From NCBI RefSeq assembly GCF_009914755.1, contig NC_060932.1: a stretch of 64,000 nt of DNA; one strand, 5' to 3'. The notes under the pieces were generated by a model. The model did not search any database, had not been told where the DNA came from, and saw only the letters and a program-made list of their open reading frames with translations. Positions within the stretch are counted from its first letter, which is position 1, and each line of letters starts with the position of its first letter. The position numbers and the translations under genes were made by a program. The stretch is from the human T2T-CHM13v2.0 reference genome, Homo sapiens. Of the stretch, positions 11,183 through 26,599 are shown one piece after another.

Positions 11183-14100
11183 GTTTTTTTTTTTAATTTA
11201 GTGAAATGAAAAATAATCAGATGAGGATTTTCCTGACAGTTTTATAAGACTGCAAATTTTGTGAGTGAGTTAAGCTCTTCCAAAGTTATATTACAACTTC
11301 ACATAAATGTAGATTCTCAAAATGATAATGGTCATGTAAATGTTCTTCAGTTATAAGTATATATGTAATTTTGTGTGCTACAAATTGGTTTCTAACAGAT
11401 CTCTTCCATTAGAAACTCTCTACATTCATTAGGATGACTCATGAAATATTTTCTGTACTTTGTTAAAAAGTTTTAAAAATAATCTCAAATTAAAATGATT
11501 TATTTACTTTTAAAAACTCATGAGTTATGCTTGTATAGCAACCTAAAGGTTTTTTATGATATCCCATGATGTTATTACAAAACATTAGGTTTTAATAAAT
11601 AAAGGTCCACCTTTATTTTTCACTATGCATAGAGATATTTATGATAAAATGAGTTACTTATGACCTCTTCCTTCCAAATAGGGAAAAACTACATAATGAT
11701 ATGCTTTGTTCACATATATATTAAATTCTTTTTATTCTATTTGACTCTTTGATGCATCTCATACATAGGTCAGGCACCTGAAAGACAGCAAGTATGAACA
11801 ATATCAGTAGAAACTTAGTCATTTAGAAATTGATACCTAGAGATCTTGTTTTATAATGCTCTTTTCTGGTCAGGAAAAATAAATGTTACTCTATAAGATA
11901 ACTTTTGTTAAGTCTTTACTAGCTTATTTAAAATATAGTAATGGGTTTTCATTTTTAAAAGTCTCAGTTAAATAAGGCAAGAATTTCATAATCTGAGAAA
12001 GGAATAAAGCCATTAGTGAACAAATATCTGTCCACAGCTTTTAGTAAAGAGAAAAATATGTAACCTTTTGTGCCATTCACTAGAGCAGATTTGTGCCATC
12101 AGTACAGATGTGAGTAAAAACTCAGCTTTCTCTTAAAGCCTCAATTCCTTGAAGTTTTATCATCCCAAGGGAAATGAAAGAGTTGTCTGTATGAATTTGC
12201 ATGTGTCTTACCTTAAGGTTGTAGTAAGGCATATTGAATATACTGGTAGGACATTGAGATTTTACTGTGGGTAGAAAAAAAGAAGAATGCAAATTAAAGT
12301 AGCAATGGTTTATTCACAAATTAAAGAAACAAATTGTTCCCCTGGGTGCTTCCTTAATTGATGAAGAGTAAATAAGTAGGACACTGTTAACTAGACCAGC
12401 AGAGTGGGGCAGGCATATCTCTCAGGACTGGGGTTAGAACCTCAGGCTTTCTAAGTGTGAGGGATTTGTAAATGAAGCTACTTTGTTACTGTCAGAATTA
12501 ATATGTGGATAAAAATCTATGTTTTCAAAGCTCTTACAGCATTGTTTTGTATTCTTTATTTTTAAAAGTAGTTTTATGTTATTTTTGTACTATTAACATT
12601 CTACACTTATGACATTTCAGCCCCCTCACTACCGACACCGAACAATAGAACTGCTTCAATTAAGAAACAGAACATCAGCCCCTGGCATCTTATTCTGTTG
12701 TTCCATCTTTTTTTGCTAGGGAGAATTCATTTGTTTCTTAATTAAGAAAAACACCAATAGCATGAAAAATCTGCTTATGGTACCTGAATGGTAATTAGGC
12801 AAAAGGTAAAAAAGAAACATGCACATACATTCCAATAGCAGCCAAAATGAACTGGAGCTGATAAAAATGAACTACACTACCCTTGCATAAATGGAGGCTG
12901 AGAGAAGTGTACAGTCATTATGGCTAAGACAATATGCAAACTATCTTCAAAGAAATCAAATTGCTAGAGTGTTTTCATTTGCATGTATTAACTATTAACA
13001 TAATGAGGAGAAGTGACATTGGACCCGGATTGTGTGTCTGTTCGGATTGATAATTCGACTGCATCTGCAAACAGACGCCCAAAAATCATGCTAGTAGTTA
13101 GATCAGAGTTGAACTCTGCAATGTGGGCTAAAACAAAATCTAGAGTTTGACAAACCTGCTGAGCTACTGAATGGTGAATGGTTGACATCTCTCTCATTCA
13201 CATTGTGTCTCATTCATATTCTCTCTCTCGCTCTGCTTTAATTTAATTTTTAAAAACAATATTCTTTTAGTCCAAAAACTTACTTTGAGCTTTAAAGCAG
13301 CAAAATTGCCCTTTGGAACTTCTTTGTTTTCGTTAGTGCGAGAATATAAGAATTGATGCCATAAAGGAGATCTTAAGGAATCATAGGGTTAACTTAAGGT
13401 CTGTTGTTACAGGATTTGAAAATATTGTATTTTCGTTTATTTCCAGCAAATATAAATCTAGGAATAAAGGAAACTGGCATTTATTGAGCTTCTCTTATGT
13501 GGAATGCACTGTACAAAGTGTTTTTCATGAAAGAAAATGGAAGGAGTCGTTGAGAAAAATGAAGGAGCCATTGCAATGAGAAACACCTCTAGCCTTTTAG
13601 ATAACCTCGATGTTATCTAGACTCACTGAGCTTCTGGCTCTTAGTTTTTTCTCACCTGTAAAATGGGCCAGTATAACTACATTTGTGTTTCCTATTCTAA
13701 AAATCTTTGAGGTCAGTAGCCAATTTCAATGTTCTTAAAAGCCTTGGGGAAATTGGAAAATCATCACTCAGAAACGTACCCATAACAACAAAAATGCCTT
13801 ATTTATTTAGGAGTCATGGGATTTATCACACAATCAGATTACATTTGCTATTCCATGCTGGTAAGAAACTCTGGCAATCATATACATTTTTGACTAATTT
13901 TAAGAAGATAAATCTGAAATACATTTCTTGATTGTAGAATTCCTACTTTTAATGTCCCTGAAAATCAGAATATAGCTTACTTTAAAAGCAATAAATCCAT
14001 TTAATGTAGTTTTCTTTTTTTGTAAAAAGTATTGATGTGTCTTGTTAATGATGGAGACTTCTAATTAATAAATTTATTTTGTATAGTTTTATTTATATTA

Positions 14101-16449
14101 ACAAGTACATATTTTGATCTTTCTTTGAATCTACCTGGCACTGTTCTATGTACAGAAGTCAGTGGTGCACTAGGAAGGTAAGATCTCTGCTTTCACAGAA
14201 CGTACATTCTAGAGGTTGGCAACAGGCAATAAACACAATAACTCAGTGAATGTGCAATGCAATTTCAGATTGGCATAAGTATACGAAGAAAATAAAATAG
14301 GGTAACGTGACAAAGAGTAACTGTTGGGACTGCCTGACAATGATCTGTTAGACACAAATTTCCTAGACTTAATGCTGTTGATGGGAGACATAAATTAATA
14401 TCTTTCTTTGAAAAATGGAGAGGAACCACTGTCAAGGGTGAGGGGACAAATGTCCCCTAGAGACTCTCATCTACCCCATCCCCTAATGGCCCAGCTGAAC
14501 CATATTACCTTTTGAATGGTGTAAAGCCAGGAAAAAAGCAGATGTGTCAGAAATGGATTTAAGTTGGGATAATGTAGTTACTAAGGTAGGTATAGAACAT
14601 ACCCTCGTGGGGCTTCCACTCTCTAAAAGATGCACAAATCCGTCCAAAATAATTATATTGGCTCTCAGGAAACTCAGTCCAATGCACTTTGATTTTTCAG
14701 ACATGTCATTTATTTATATGATATTTGCATTTTCAACAAATGGAGAACAACGCAATTGCACTGACAATGACATGATTCTGTCCATATTATGGGAGTGAAT
14801 TTCTATCACAAAATATTGCATTATGATATTATACAATATATGTAATATTAACAATGTAATACTTTATTATAATACAATAACATTAAAAATATATACTATT
14901 ACTGTAAGGTAACAATGCAATATATATTATGCATGTGGCAATACAGTATGTATGTTACTGTAATGTTAACAATATAACATTATTGTTGATATATGCAATA
15001 TTAACACAGTTGATATATCCTCATTTTATATATATATGTATTTCCCTGAATGAAAATTTGTGACTGATTAGATTAAGTGATAAGTACTGGCAATTTTTAT
15101 TGACTTTCAATACTACTGTTGTAGTAGCAGTTGGTGAAACTTTTAGGGTTGAAGCCATGTTACTTCCCTTTTAACTTCATTTTAGATAACATGTATCACT
15201 GCTAATATCCTTGGATATATGTGACCTTAGAACCCTGTGGAGATTCTTGGGAACCTGTGGTGAACACAAAGCATCTAGAACATTCTGAAATGTTATAGTT
15301 TTGTACTCCAAGCTAAAAGTTCATTGGGCTTTTGTGGAATAATTTATTCACAGGTTGTTCATCTGGAGATGGCTAAGTTAAATGCCTGGGCATTTGCTAG
15401 TATTAGTGAATGTAAACCTCTGCTCAGGGAGAACGTGAGTTGGGCATAAAAGCAAAACTCCAGTTGCATAAAGGATTTTGATACTTCTGAAGATTTCTAA
15501 TATGTGTCTTCTCAGATAGGAATAGATGAGTTGACAGTACTCTTTGAAGACATCTCTACACTTAATAATGCCTTATTGCTCTCTTTTCATGAATATGGAG
15601 ATTATAAAGAAACCTGTTTCATATTTAAGTGATAAGTTAACCTTTCTGCCACATATGTTGGTTATAATGTCAAAATCTCCTTTGAGAAAGTCAAGTTGAT
15701 GAGCTGTGCTGAATCATTCATTCAGATTCAGCCCACAAGGATTAAGAGGTGAAAGCAGGTATTGTCATATTCTCATAGAAATTACCTAAGAATTAGTTAG
15801 CACAGTTGCTCTAGGAGAACTCTTGAAGAATCCTTCTCTTGATGGAAGGGCACAACTGAGCACAAACTGGGTAATTTGAAATAAAAAGACTCAGAGCAGA
15901 CGGATTCAAGAGGAATGTGTGAGACATTCGGATGCTCACTAACATTAATGGGACATTAATATTTTCACTTGGATTTGCCTATTTATCTAAAGAAAAGAAA
16001 ATAAGCTATATAAGACAGCCACAGAGAAAAGACCAAAGAAACTCATAGAGGGGAATGCAAGTTCTTAACTTATATTTACTTTAAATTGAAAACAACAAAA
16101 TTCTCCTAAAACAAAGCAAAAGAGAAAATATAAGAAAAAAAGAAAAGAAAAAATAAAACTTGCTTTCCCTTACCAATTACAATTTTGTTGATTCTGTTTG
16201 AAAGAAAAACATCTAATTTCACTTTTACAAACTATTATTTGTTTTTCTGGATATGAAAATAGCAACATATGACATAATAGATCTCTAGGTTTCTTAGTAA
16301 ACTCTGTCCAATGCCTGTCATACTAAACTCCTAGGTCTGGCACATAAAACCAAAAAAAATAATAATAAGTATAACAATCTTCTGGAGGCAGACTCAAGTG
16401 CTTAAGGCTGAGAGGGGACATACTACATGCCTGAAAACATTGAGTTATT

Positions 16450-17145
16450 TTTATTTAAATGGCTTTTACTATGGTTCAGTGGGAAACATGAATTAACAAG
16501 ATCAGGTTGCAAAGCTCTGTGTAGGCTGGAATGATACCCTAAAACTGTTGGTGAACATTTAATAACAATATAGATTTTGGTTTAAAAAATCAACTTTATT
16601 AAGTACAGGATGGGAAAATGAACTTTATTTGCTGCTAAAATGAAAACTTCATAGGTGTTTTAGTTAACTGAGTCTTCAGTGGAAGTTGCATTCCAGAACC
16701 ATTCTGCAATGTTCAACAATTGACAGGAGTCCTGCTGTACTTTGTACTGGCCAGTCACATCTTGGGTATTGTGTTCAATGTCATATCCTCCTTAAAACTC
16801 AAGTCTGTCTGGAGGTGAACCCCCAGGATAACAGTCAGGCAGTAGCTGAAGGAATTGGGAATGTTTAATAGGAGAAGAAAATTCTGGGTTTTTTAATGAG
16901 AGCTATATTCGGATATCTGGAGAACTCCTATAGAAAAGGAATTAGCTTTCTTCCTTGTAGGTCAGAAGGAAATAATTCCAGAGGGTGCTCTGGGTCTACA
17001 TTCTACTCACTGAAAGCACTTTTGAGCTCAGCATCAGTAAAATAGCTAGAGCTGTTCAAAATGGCCCAGCCTTCTTTGAGGATAGAAGACTACCTTGTCA
17101 CTGGAAGCATGGAAGCGAAGGTTTGCCTGGTTAACCACTTGCTAC
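16450..17145 (+). mobile_element. L3/CR1 LINE 3' remnant
   Basis: Translations HLGYCVQ (CR1 HLEYCVQFW) and LKELGMF (CR1 LRELGLFS), followed by a 3'-end-like tcactggaag...aaccacttg. Confidence 0.75.
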
Positions 17146-17310
17146 ATTTATTATTTAGTAGATCCTTGGAATATAGGAAGTAATGGCAATTAGAAAGTTG
17201 GGGTAAAACAGGAGTAGGTTTCTGAGTGATTTAATATTCTAGATGGGCCCCAGAATGTTTTAAGTTTCTTTCATTCAGTTCAATTTTAGAAGGATTTAGT
17301 TGGTACCTAT

Positions 17311-17668
17311 TGTATTAGTCCATTTTCACATTGACATACCTGAGACTGGGTAATTTATAAAGAAAAGGAGGTTTAATGGACTCACAGTTCCACATGGCTG
17401 GAGAGGCCTCACAATCATGGCAGAAGATGAAGGAAGAGTAAAGGGATTTCTTACATGCAGTGGGCAAGAAGAGGACTTGTGCAAGGGAACTCCTCTTTAT
17501 ACATCTATCAGATCTCATGAGACGTATTCACTATCACGAGAACAGTACAGGAAAGACCCGCCCCCATGATCCAATTACCTCTCACTGTGTCTGGCCCACA
17601 ACTCATGGGAATTGTCAGAGCTACAGTTCAAAATGAGATTTGGGTGGGGACACAGCCAAACCATATCA
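17311..17668 (-). mobile_element. THE1-type MaLR solo LTR
   Basis: Runs tgtattagtccattttcac...cacagccaaaccatatca, with a perfect 5-bp TSD CCTAT (17306-17310 and 17669-17673). Confidence 0.93.
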
Positions 17669-19531
17669 CCTATCAAATCCTTATTATCATTATTGTATAA
17701 GCAACAACCAAATCTTCTGGAAGCTAAACAAGCTGTCAGAACTCTCAAAGCCTTGGGAGGGGCTCAAGCAGTACGTTCAGCTGGTCTTATATTTTTACAA
17801 AATATGCAAAATTAAAATATTTTAGCTGCAATTTTTTAGGACTGCTAATTCTTCCCACTTTGACATTCCTTCTGCCACAATTCAGAATGACCACAGGCAT
17901 TATTAGGTTCTTGGGAATATAATAGTCTGATTTTTAACATTTGTAATTTACTGAGATTTCTCTACATCGATATTTATTTTTATACACAGTATGTGTTTGT
18001 AATTTTGTATTCTCCTGTTATAGAGGGTCCCTAGTTGTATAAGCTTCAGATCCCACAATACCTGGGTCTATTTCTGTGTGCCCCCTTCATTTATATCTAT
18101 ATATACACATATATATGTGTGTGTGTATACATATATGTATATATAACATTTATATATATGCTATGATTCTAAATACCTCAAAGAGAAAGATGAATAAGCC
18201 ATTGTCCTTTATATCAAGTTATGGACAATGTAATGGAGGAAGCTGAGGAGTTTTATTATGAATTCAATGATTTAGTTGAAGAAATCATTAAAACTAATAT
18301 ACAATACAATATTTTTACAACTTTATATGCGTGGACATTTTTAATGTTGAATAAGAAATAATTAAACAACAATAAGAAAGTTAAGACCAACAGTGACACT
18401 GAGCACTCAAATCCAAGAAGATCATATTCTTGAATTATAATCTAATAAATGTGTATATTATTCCTATGGCAAAGGTAAAAAGGCTGTGTAATTGTGTACA
18501 TCTTATTGATTAGACAAGTAATGTATATATGAGGATGTCAATACACTTTTATATTTTAGTGATAAAACTGCCTTGACATCATAAGTAAGCTCATTTTGGT
18601 ATCAAATCCGGTGAAGCCAGCTGACAAATTTTGAGGATCTTAACAGAAGAATTTTTCCCCTATCATAAATCAGTAATAATAGGTTACCGAATACTATACT
18701 TTCAGACAATCTGGAGCTTTTTCAGTATCTTTGACAAACTTCTTAGTCTTGTGCATCTTTTTGCCAAAGTTCAATTTTGTTCTTGTTTCCATCTTTTGGA
18801 AGGCAGAGATGTGGAGCATGATTCTGCGCTGACATATCTAGCTTATTCGTGATGTTCTTTTTTTTTTTTTTTTTTTAAGTCCTGTGTTTCTAAGCTAACA
18901 CAATCAAGAGGTGTGCCATGATTGTGATTTCCCTTGCACAGCAGCATCATTTCTACCATCAAGGGAAGTTCATGCTTCCTTAAACGTATGGAAGCTCTTT
19001 CAGGTACTTGGCTAGCTAGCAGGTGATCTTTTCATAAATGTTATGGAAAAGACTAGTTGAAGAGGAAGACATACTGTTCAGCTTGTTCAGACACAGCTGT
19101 TCAGATCAAATCTAGTTCTCTTTATGTGTCTCTATTGTTAAGATTGATGTAGTAGAGAAATTGGGAATACAAATGTTCTGTAATAAGATTGTTATAATCC
19201 CAGAATGAATTGTATATTTAAGCACATAGACCTGTTTCTAACTCTCAAATAGGATTTTGTGATTCCATTTTTTTCCTAGAATGTACCATTATATTTTCCC
19301 ACTTATATTTAAAAATCAATTTCATTATTATACTTACATACAATGTTTCTAAATATTATCTTCCTCTGATTTGAATGTTTTTTTCAATAAATGTTTGCCA
19401 TGCAAATACAATGTATCTGAAATTGACAAGTATTTGAATGATTTTTCTTGAACTTAAAAATAAGGAAAGAAAAACATACAGGTGTTATGGCATAGACATT
19501 GAAGTAGATAAATGGATAGATTTAGTTCTTG

Positions 19532-19845
<314 letters not shown>

Positions 19846-21952
19846 GAGATTTAGTTTTGGCATACTTGTTTTAAGCATTACATATGTAATTAAACTTAAT
19901 AGGAGGAGAATAAACATTTATTTCCTTCATTCAGAAGATTTCCTGGGAAACAGTGAGATGCAGTTATGACAGATATATGTGTGCAATACATATTACTTCT
20001 GGAAAAGGAAGGAAAACTTTCATTGAGAGCCTTCCTATGTGCTAAGGACTCTGTTAGGCACTTTATAAGCATTTAACTTAATTTTCTTACATTATTTACC
20101 TGCATTATCCTTTTATGTAGGACAGGGATAATTAGTTCCATTTTGGAGACATTGTTTTGGGCCACACTGCAATTGACAGCCAATATTTGGAATGGGTTAA
20201 GGGGTTTTTTTTCATAGCTCCATTTTGTCAGTGAAAGGGCTTCTGCTGCAAAATGACAGGATCCAACGATGAATAAGATGAGATCACGTAGGTGGAGATG
20301 GCTACAAATAGCTCTGGCACATTAGCACTCAGTAAATGCTAGTCAGTTTTGAATCATGGGTCCAATTCTCACATGGCTGTCTTACAGTCTAAGGAAACCA
20401 GATGTAGCCATAGGTACAATGCAGAATGAAGTGTCAGGAGAACAGCACAGATAGATTTAAAGAAGGATCCATGCAGATTAAAGTTTGGCCTTTAGTTCTC
20501 TTATTTGAGAAAGTATATTATTGGAACTTTAAACAATTTTGAATGATGTAACACCCCCCACCCCGCCCCCCAAAACCCTTAGGTGTCAGATAGAAAAACG
20601 TATTGAAGGCACTTTTTATATACTTTTCAGAAAGTATTCAATCTAAGCGTGATTATTCTTTTAACATTAAAAATTCAATTTACTGATTGCAAATTAAAAG
20701 CCTATATGAAACATAAAACTTCCAGTCATTGATGTCAATAAAAACCTTATTTTTTTCATAGCTTGTGAGATTTAGCTTAGGGTTGGTATAGTCTTACAAA
20801 GTTGCTTTACTTTTACTCTATGGAGTTAATAAGATATATCCATAAACCTTAATGTGAAAAATAAATGCATATTCAGTATGAAATGTGTGAAAACTCAGAC
20901 AAAGCCCCAGTTCAGTGTACTCTGTTCCTCCTGACACCAAGAGGTTATGTTTCAAATAGGACTACTAAAGGTTTTAACATCTAGTAGTATGAAGCAGGTA
21001 CAGAAAAGAGTGAATGACATGCCAAGCCAGCAGTGACACACACAACCCCAAGGTGGCATGTGACATACCTTTACTTCATTTACAGACATGGCATATGTCA
21101 GAGTGCTTGGCCCTACCGCACAGTTGGTTTGAGCAATTTCCATTCCATTATGTTTTCTTACAGCTTCTGTTTTATGCCCCCTCCAGCTTATTCAAGTGTT
21201 TAAATTTCAAATTAGTTGCTTGTCTTTATCATTCATTTTTGGATTAGAGAAACATATTATAGCCGTTGGACATGTTTACCATATTAAAAATAATAACAAA
21301 GAAAACAAAAATGATAACCACCGCTCCCCACCCCCGACATACTCAAGGCTTTAAAGGTTGTGTTGAAATCACAGGCTATTCCAAGAAATCACCTTAATCC
21401 AGTGTGATTGACCAACTTTTCCTATCCAGCTTGAGGACATTGAGAATACATTTGTGTGTGTGTGAGTGTAATGTTTTAAATGTTGGGACAAAATCGACTG
21501 ATAGAAGCAAGTTCTAACAGTTATTTCTTTGCTTGACCATTTTGTTGGTTCTTTGAGCCTCTCACAGGTTGCATCATAGTCTATGTGGATAGATGAAGAA
21601 TCATGTAGTAAGGACCAAGGAAATGGTGACAAATAACAGAAAGTAGTGTTGGTTATATTTATGTAATGCTGACTATTCCATGCTTTGCATTTGCAGGTAT
21701 GATTTTCTTTAAAGTCATTTGTATAAGAAGCAGAGACTTACAATCTACCATTCTAAAATTTGAATTGCTTTTCTAGAAATTAAGTAGAGGGGCTCTGTGT
21801 TATCTCTGTAGTGTCTCATCATGTGACACACATCAGGTTTTCGTAATGGCTAGCTGGGATCCAAATGCCAACGTGTTTGTTTCTCTATGGGTTTTGCTGT
21901 AAAATCAAAGTGAAAGCCTATTGATTATATTGCTGTTTTCCCAATAGTTTAT

Positions 21953-21992
21953 TGTCTTACTTATAAGAAATGTGTCTCACTTATAAGAAATG
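21953..21992. repeat. 20-bp tandem duplication (1 mismatch)
   Basis: tgtcttacttataagaaatg / tgtctcacttataagaaatg. Confidence 0.9.
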
Positions 21993-24230
21993 TAAAGAAG
22001 AAAAGTATATTAATAGCTAAAGTGTGCTGTGACTACAGGAAACTCAGGAATTCGAATTTACCATTGATGTTTTTGCATTTTACCTCCTGTCCACTTCTTT
22101 CAAGGGAGGGACAGGGGGCAGGTATAGCAGTAAACCAATAAAAGTCTTATTAGATGATTGACATATTAGATAATTCATTTAAAAATAGAAAGTCAACATT
22201 CCCTTTTGTAATTAGAGAAAAAGACAACTAGGATTGAAATTTCATTTATGAGTTTGAAATCTGGAATTGTTTGATTTTATTTGCAAATGATTATGAGGTT
22301 GAACAGCACACACCGTACTCGACTCTCTGTTGTGAATTCCCATATGATCAGCATAGATAATGGAATATTTCATTTTCTACTTAAAAATCATTTCCAAAAT
22401 GTTTGTAAATATTTGTTTCTCAGGGATCCATTTATCTTCTTCAGTTCCAAAGAACTGTTGTGGGGTTACAGAAAAAGATGATAAATGAGCCCAAGGAGCC
22501 TGGGTTTAAATTGTCCCGCTACAGGTTTTACTATTATTTGGTAGACATGCAAAATCTGTGAATGCATTAATATTAACTGATTAGGTTCTGGATTTTTTTA
22601 AGGCCAGAATTCTGAAATGAGAATAAATCAGTCATGAAGCTATTCGGGCTTGTATTTATCCACAGTTAGATCCATATGAAAATTCAATATAACAAGAAAG
22701 AAAAATGGCTGGAAGACATTCCTTCTCAAAGGAATGGCCTGGACTTCAGCCGCCTAATTCCCATTCAGTTCTGAGGGCCCGAGTAATGTGGTCTGTAATT
22801 GTATACAAACCTTATAACAAAGAAAGTGACAACAAAACCCATCTGCTCTTAGGTATCCTTGTACACAATACAAGGTATAACCTGGAATGAGCCATAGGGT
22901 ATTTTGATTAATTGAGCTTAACTGATGGGTATCCAGTAACTCTGTTTTACTAAAACCTTTGTTGAAATTCTCAGTGAAGGGTTTACATTCACTTTTAGGT
23001 CAACGTAATGAAACTTAAGATGATTTAAGACCTTCTAGAAACTCTGCATCATGATTCTAAATCATAAAGTTCATTGCATACGTTGTGTAGCTCCAGAGAT
23101 GAAGATATGGGAGATGTAGATGTATTTGATGTGTACTGACCCCAATTTCTTACAAAAGCAATATAAACAAAAAATACATCTAACTACCATGATATATCAC
23201 TTGTTTTTCTATATTTTTATGTAATATACATGTAATCATAGTATAGATATAATTTCATTGTGATTATAACTGGAAATATTTTTCATCTTTCTACATGGCC
23301 TTCTTGACTTTCATTTTGTATTTCTGCTCTGTAGTCTCTCAGTTGATTTGTTATAATTTATTTAAACATTATACTATAAGGCACTTGAATAGCTTCCAAT
23401 TTTTGTAACTAACACTGAAATGACTCAATTAGTGCAATAGTTTTTTTACGTTTTTAAGGTTTTCTTGAAGGGTAAATTTCAAACAGTAAGATTAGTGGAT
23501 TAAATGATATATACTTTTTAAGGGGTGATGGTGCAGGAGGAAAGGATAAAGAAAAATATTTTAAATTTGGCATTAGACTTCTAGAGTTCCTACCTCATTA
23601 GAAATTCTAGAATATCAAGGTACATTTTGAGCAGGAAGTGATATCATGAAACAATAATTTGCCCAGAGGCTAAAGGCAGCCACCTTCGGAGAGTCTGTTA
23701 AAGTGATTCAGGTGTGCAGAAATGATTTCCTTGGCCGTAGGTGGGTTTTGAAAAGGAAAGGAACATGGCAATCTACTCCACATTGAGCACCTGTCCTGGG
23801 TGCTCTAAGGTTAAATAAGAGACAGAAAATTCTACTCTAAAGGTTATGAAATACTTGATTAGTGAAAATATTCATAGAATAAATAATCAGATAAATAAAA
23901 AGAGAGTAGTGTAGATTGAATCAGATAGGAAGACTGCATAGACTGAATCTTAGGCTGAAAGATGAAGAAAATGAGAGGTTATTGGTAGGAAGAATGCAAA
24001 GATGTCTTTCTTAGGATAGGGAGAGAGCAAAGCAGAAAACTTGGTAGGCAATTGTAATTTTGGTGGGGGACACTGAGGAAATGAATAAGGTGTCATCTTA
24101 ATGGATATTTTAGCATATTAGTATACTCTTTACTTATTCATTGGTTCTTCTATTTATTGGTGACTTTTGGAGGACACAAAAGTGTCATACCTTCCCTGAT
24201 GTAAAGATTGTCATATTCCATCTTATTTCA

Positions 24231-24650
<420 letters not shown>

Positions 24651-24780
24651 TTATGCAATCCTCCTGTATACTTTAAATCATTTCTGTATTACTTATGGTA
24701 CCTAATACAATGTAAATACTATGTAAATAGTTGCTATACTATATTTTAAAATTAGTGTTCTCTTTTATAGTTGCATTATT

Positions 24781-24782
<2 letters not shown>

Positions 24783-24828
<46 letters not shown>
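24783..24828. repeat. (GT)n microsatellite
   Basis: Directly visible, one interruption. Confidence 0.95.
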
Positions 24829-25344
24829 ATGTAAATATTTCCAATCCATGATTGATTGAATTCTGGGATGTGGAAACCTCAGATAAGGAGGGCTGACTGT
24901 ACATCAAATTTAACTAGAATTTTTAGGTGCAAATTCAACTTTGTACTTACGTAAAAGATCCTGACTCAGAATCCTTTCATTGGAATCAGAATTGCCATGA
25001 GATACATTAACTGGTTCTCCTGATTTGCTTGAGCAGATGAGAATAAGACTCAGAATTTTGCTTTCTGGTTATCCTCCTTTTAATGACTAAATTTGGTTTA
25101 CAGATAATATTGCTGATTAAAAGTGTAAATGATGAAATCTGGGCTATTCATAGGGAAGAAATAATTCTTTATTCTCTGAACCAAATATATGTTGTTTTTT
25201 TTTTAATATTCAAATTCATTGCTGTGAAAAAGATGGGAGGTCATTTTTCCCTTTGGAAAAAAGGCTCTATTTTATATTAAAAGCAAAACTTTCGATATTT
25301 AATCAATGGAGAAATTATTTAACTAAAAAGATGGGCATTTTTCT

Positions 25345-25506
25345 AGGGTCTGGCAGTAGCATCAGCATCCCCTCAGAGCTCGTTAGAAATGCACATTACT
25401 GAAGTACATTCCAGACTTGGAGCCAGAATCTTGAGAGGGGCACCCAGGATTCAGGGTTTTAAGATGCCCTGCAAATGGTTGCATGCCGAAATGAGAAAGC
25501 CACTAA
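25345..25506. mobile_element. MER5-type hAT-Charlie MITE
   Basis: gcatcagcatc...gagctcgttagaaatgca...agaatc motifs. Confidence 0.65.
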
Positions 25507-26255
25507 TTTAGAATGAGTTTTTTAAGCTGAGCTTAATTATGGCCAATGGATGCATCACTTCCTAAACTTCATGCATCTTACGTTTGGAACTAAGCCTTGG
25601 TTACAAAATATATAGTGTTGTGTTGATTTTGCACATTGTTGGATGGTTTAAATGTTTCTTTATGAAAATGACATTTTAACTTTGAAACCATAGTAGAAAC
25701 TTATTTTGACAAGTTTTAAATACCGAATTAAAATATCCCTGTTCTTTCATTATATGCTCTAAACTGCTTATTTAATACACAATAACAATATCAATTATAA
25801 TTTATATGATTACTAGGACATAGTTTTTCTTAACATTCTTCAGTGAATTTTGTTAAAAGTAATAGCATTTATATTAACCCATTAGCCCACATTAATTCAG
25901 TATTAATGAAGAACATGATTTTAATTGGAAAAGAGTCCAGAACATCCTCCTTTTTTACATTGTTTTTTCAGTTCTTTTGGCACGACTAAAAGACATCCAG
26001 AAGTTCCCATTTTACCGTTTTTTTTTTTTTACCTGTCTTTGACCCTTTTATTATCTGGATCTGCTGATTTGCTCGAGCAGATGAAAATAAGACTCAGAAG
26101 TTTGCTTTCTGGTTATCCTTTCTCAGATGTCTCCATAAATATTGCCATGAGAAGCAGAGCCCAAATTGTGGTTCAGATTTTTGTCCTGCATTGTTGTAAG
26201 GTGGCTTTTTGCTTACTGAAAAATGTTAACATTTAACATTTAAACCTTATCTGTA

Positions 26256-26317
26256 TGCCTGCCTGCCTGCCTGCCTACCTGCCTGCTTGATTACCAGCTA
26301 ACCTACCTACCTACCTA
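26256..26317. repeat. (CCTG)n/(CCTA)n tetranucleotide repeat
   Basis: Directly visible. Confidence 0.85.
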
Positions 26318-26599
26318 TTCGTCTATACCAGTCAGTTACAGTGAGAGCAACTCATACAGATTGTTTCACTGTGGAGCACAACATTAGCACATCAATATGT
26401 AAAAATAAGATAAATGTGTTGTATAGGCTTTGAGCTAAGTACACAGCTTGAAAACATACTACCTAGAGAATTAAAGTGTTATTAGTTGGGTTTGTGGTTT
26501 GAGTCATCCTACTGTCTAAGCAAAAACATAAACCTTCCAACATTATGATGAATAATCTTTTACCTTCCTAACTTTCACCTTTTTCACACTACTTTCTTG

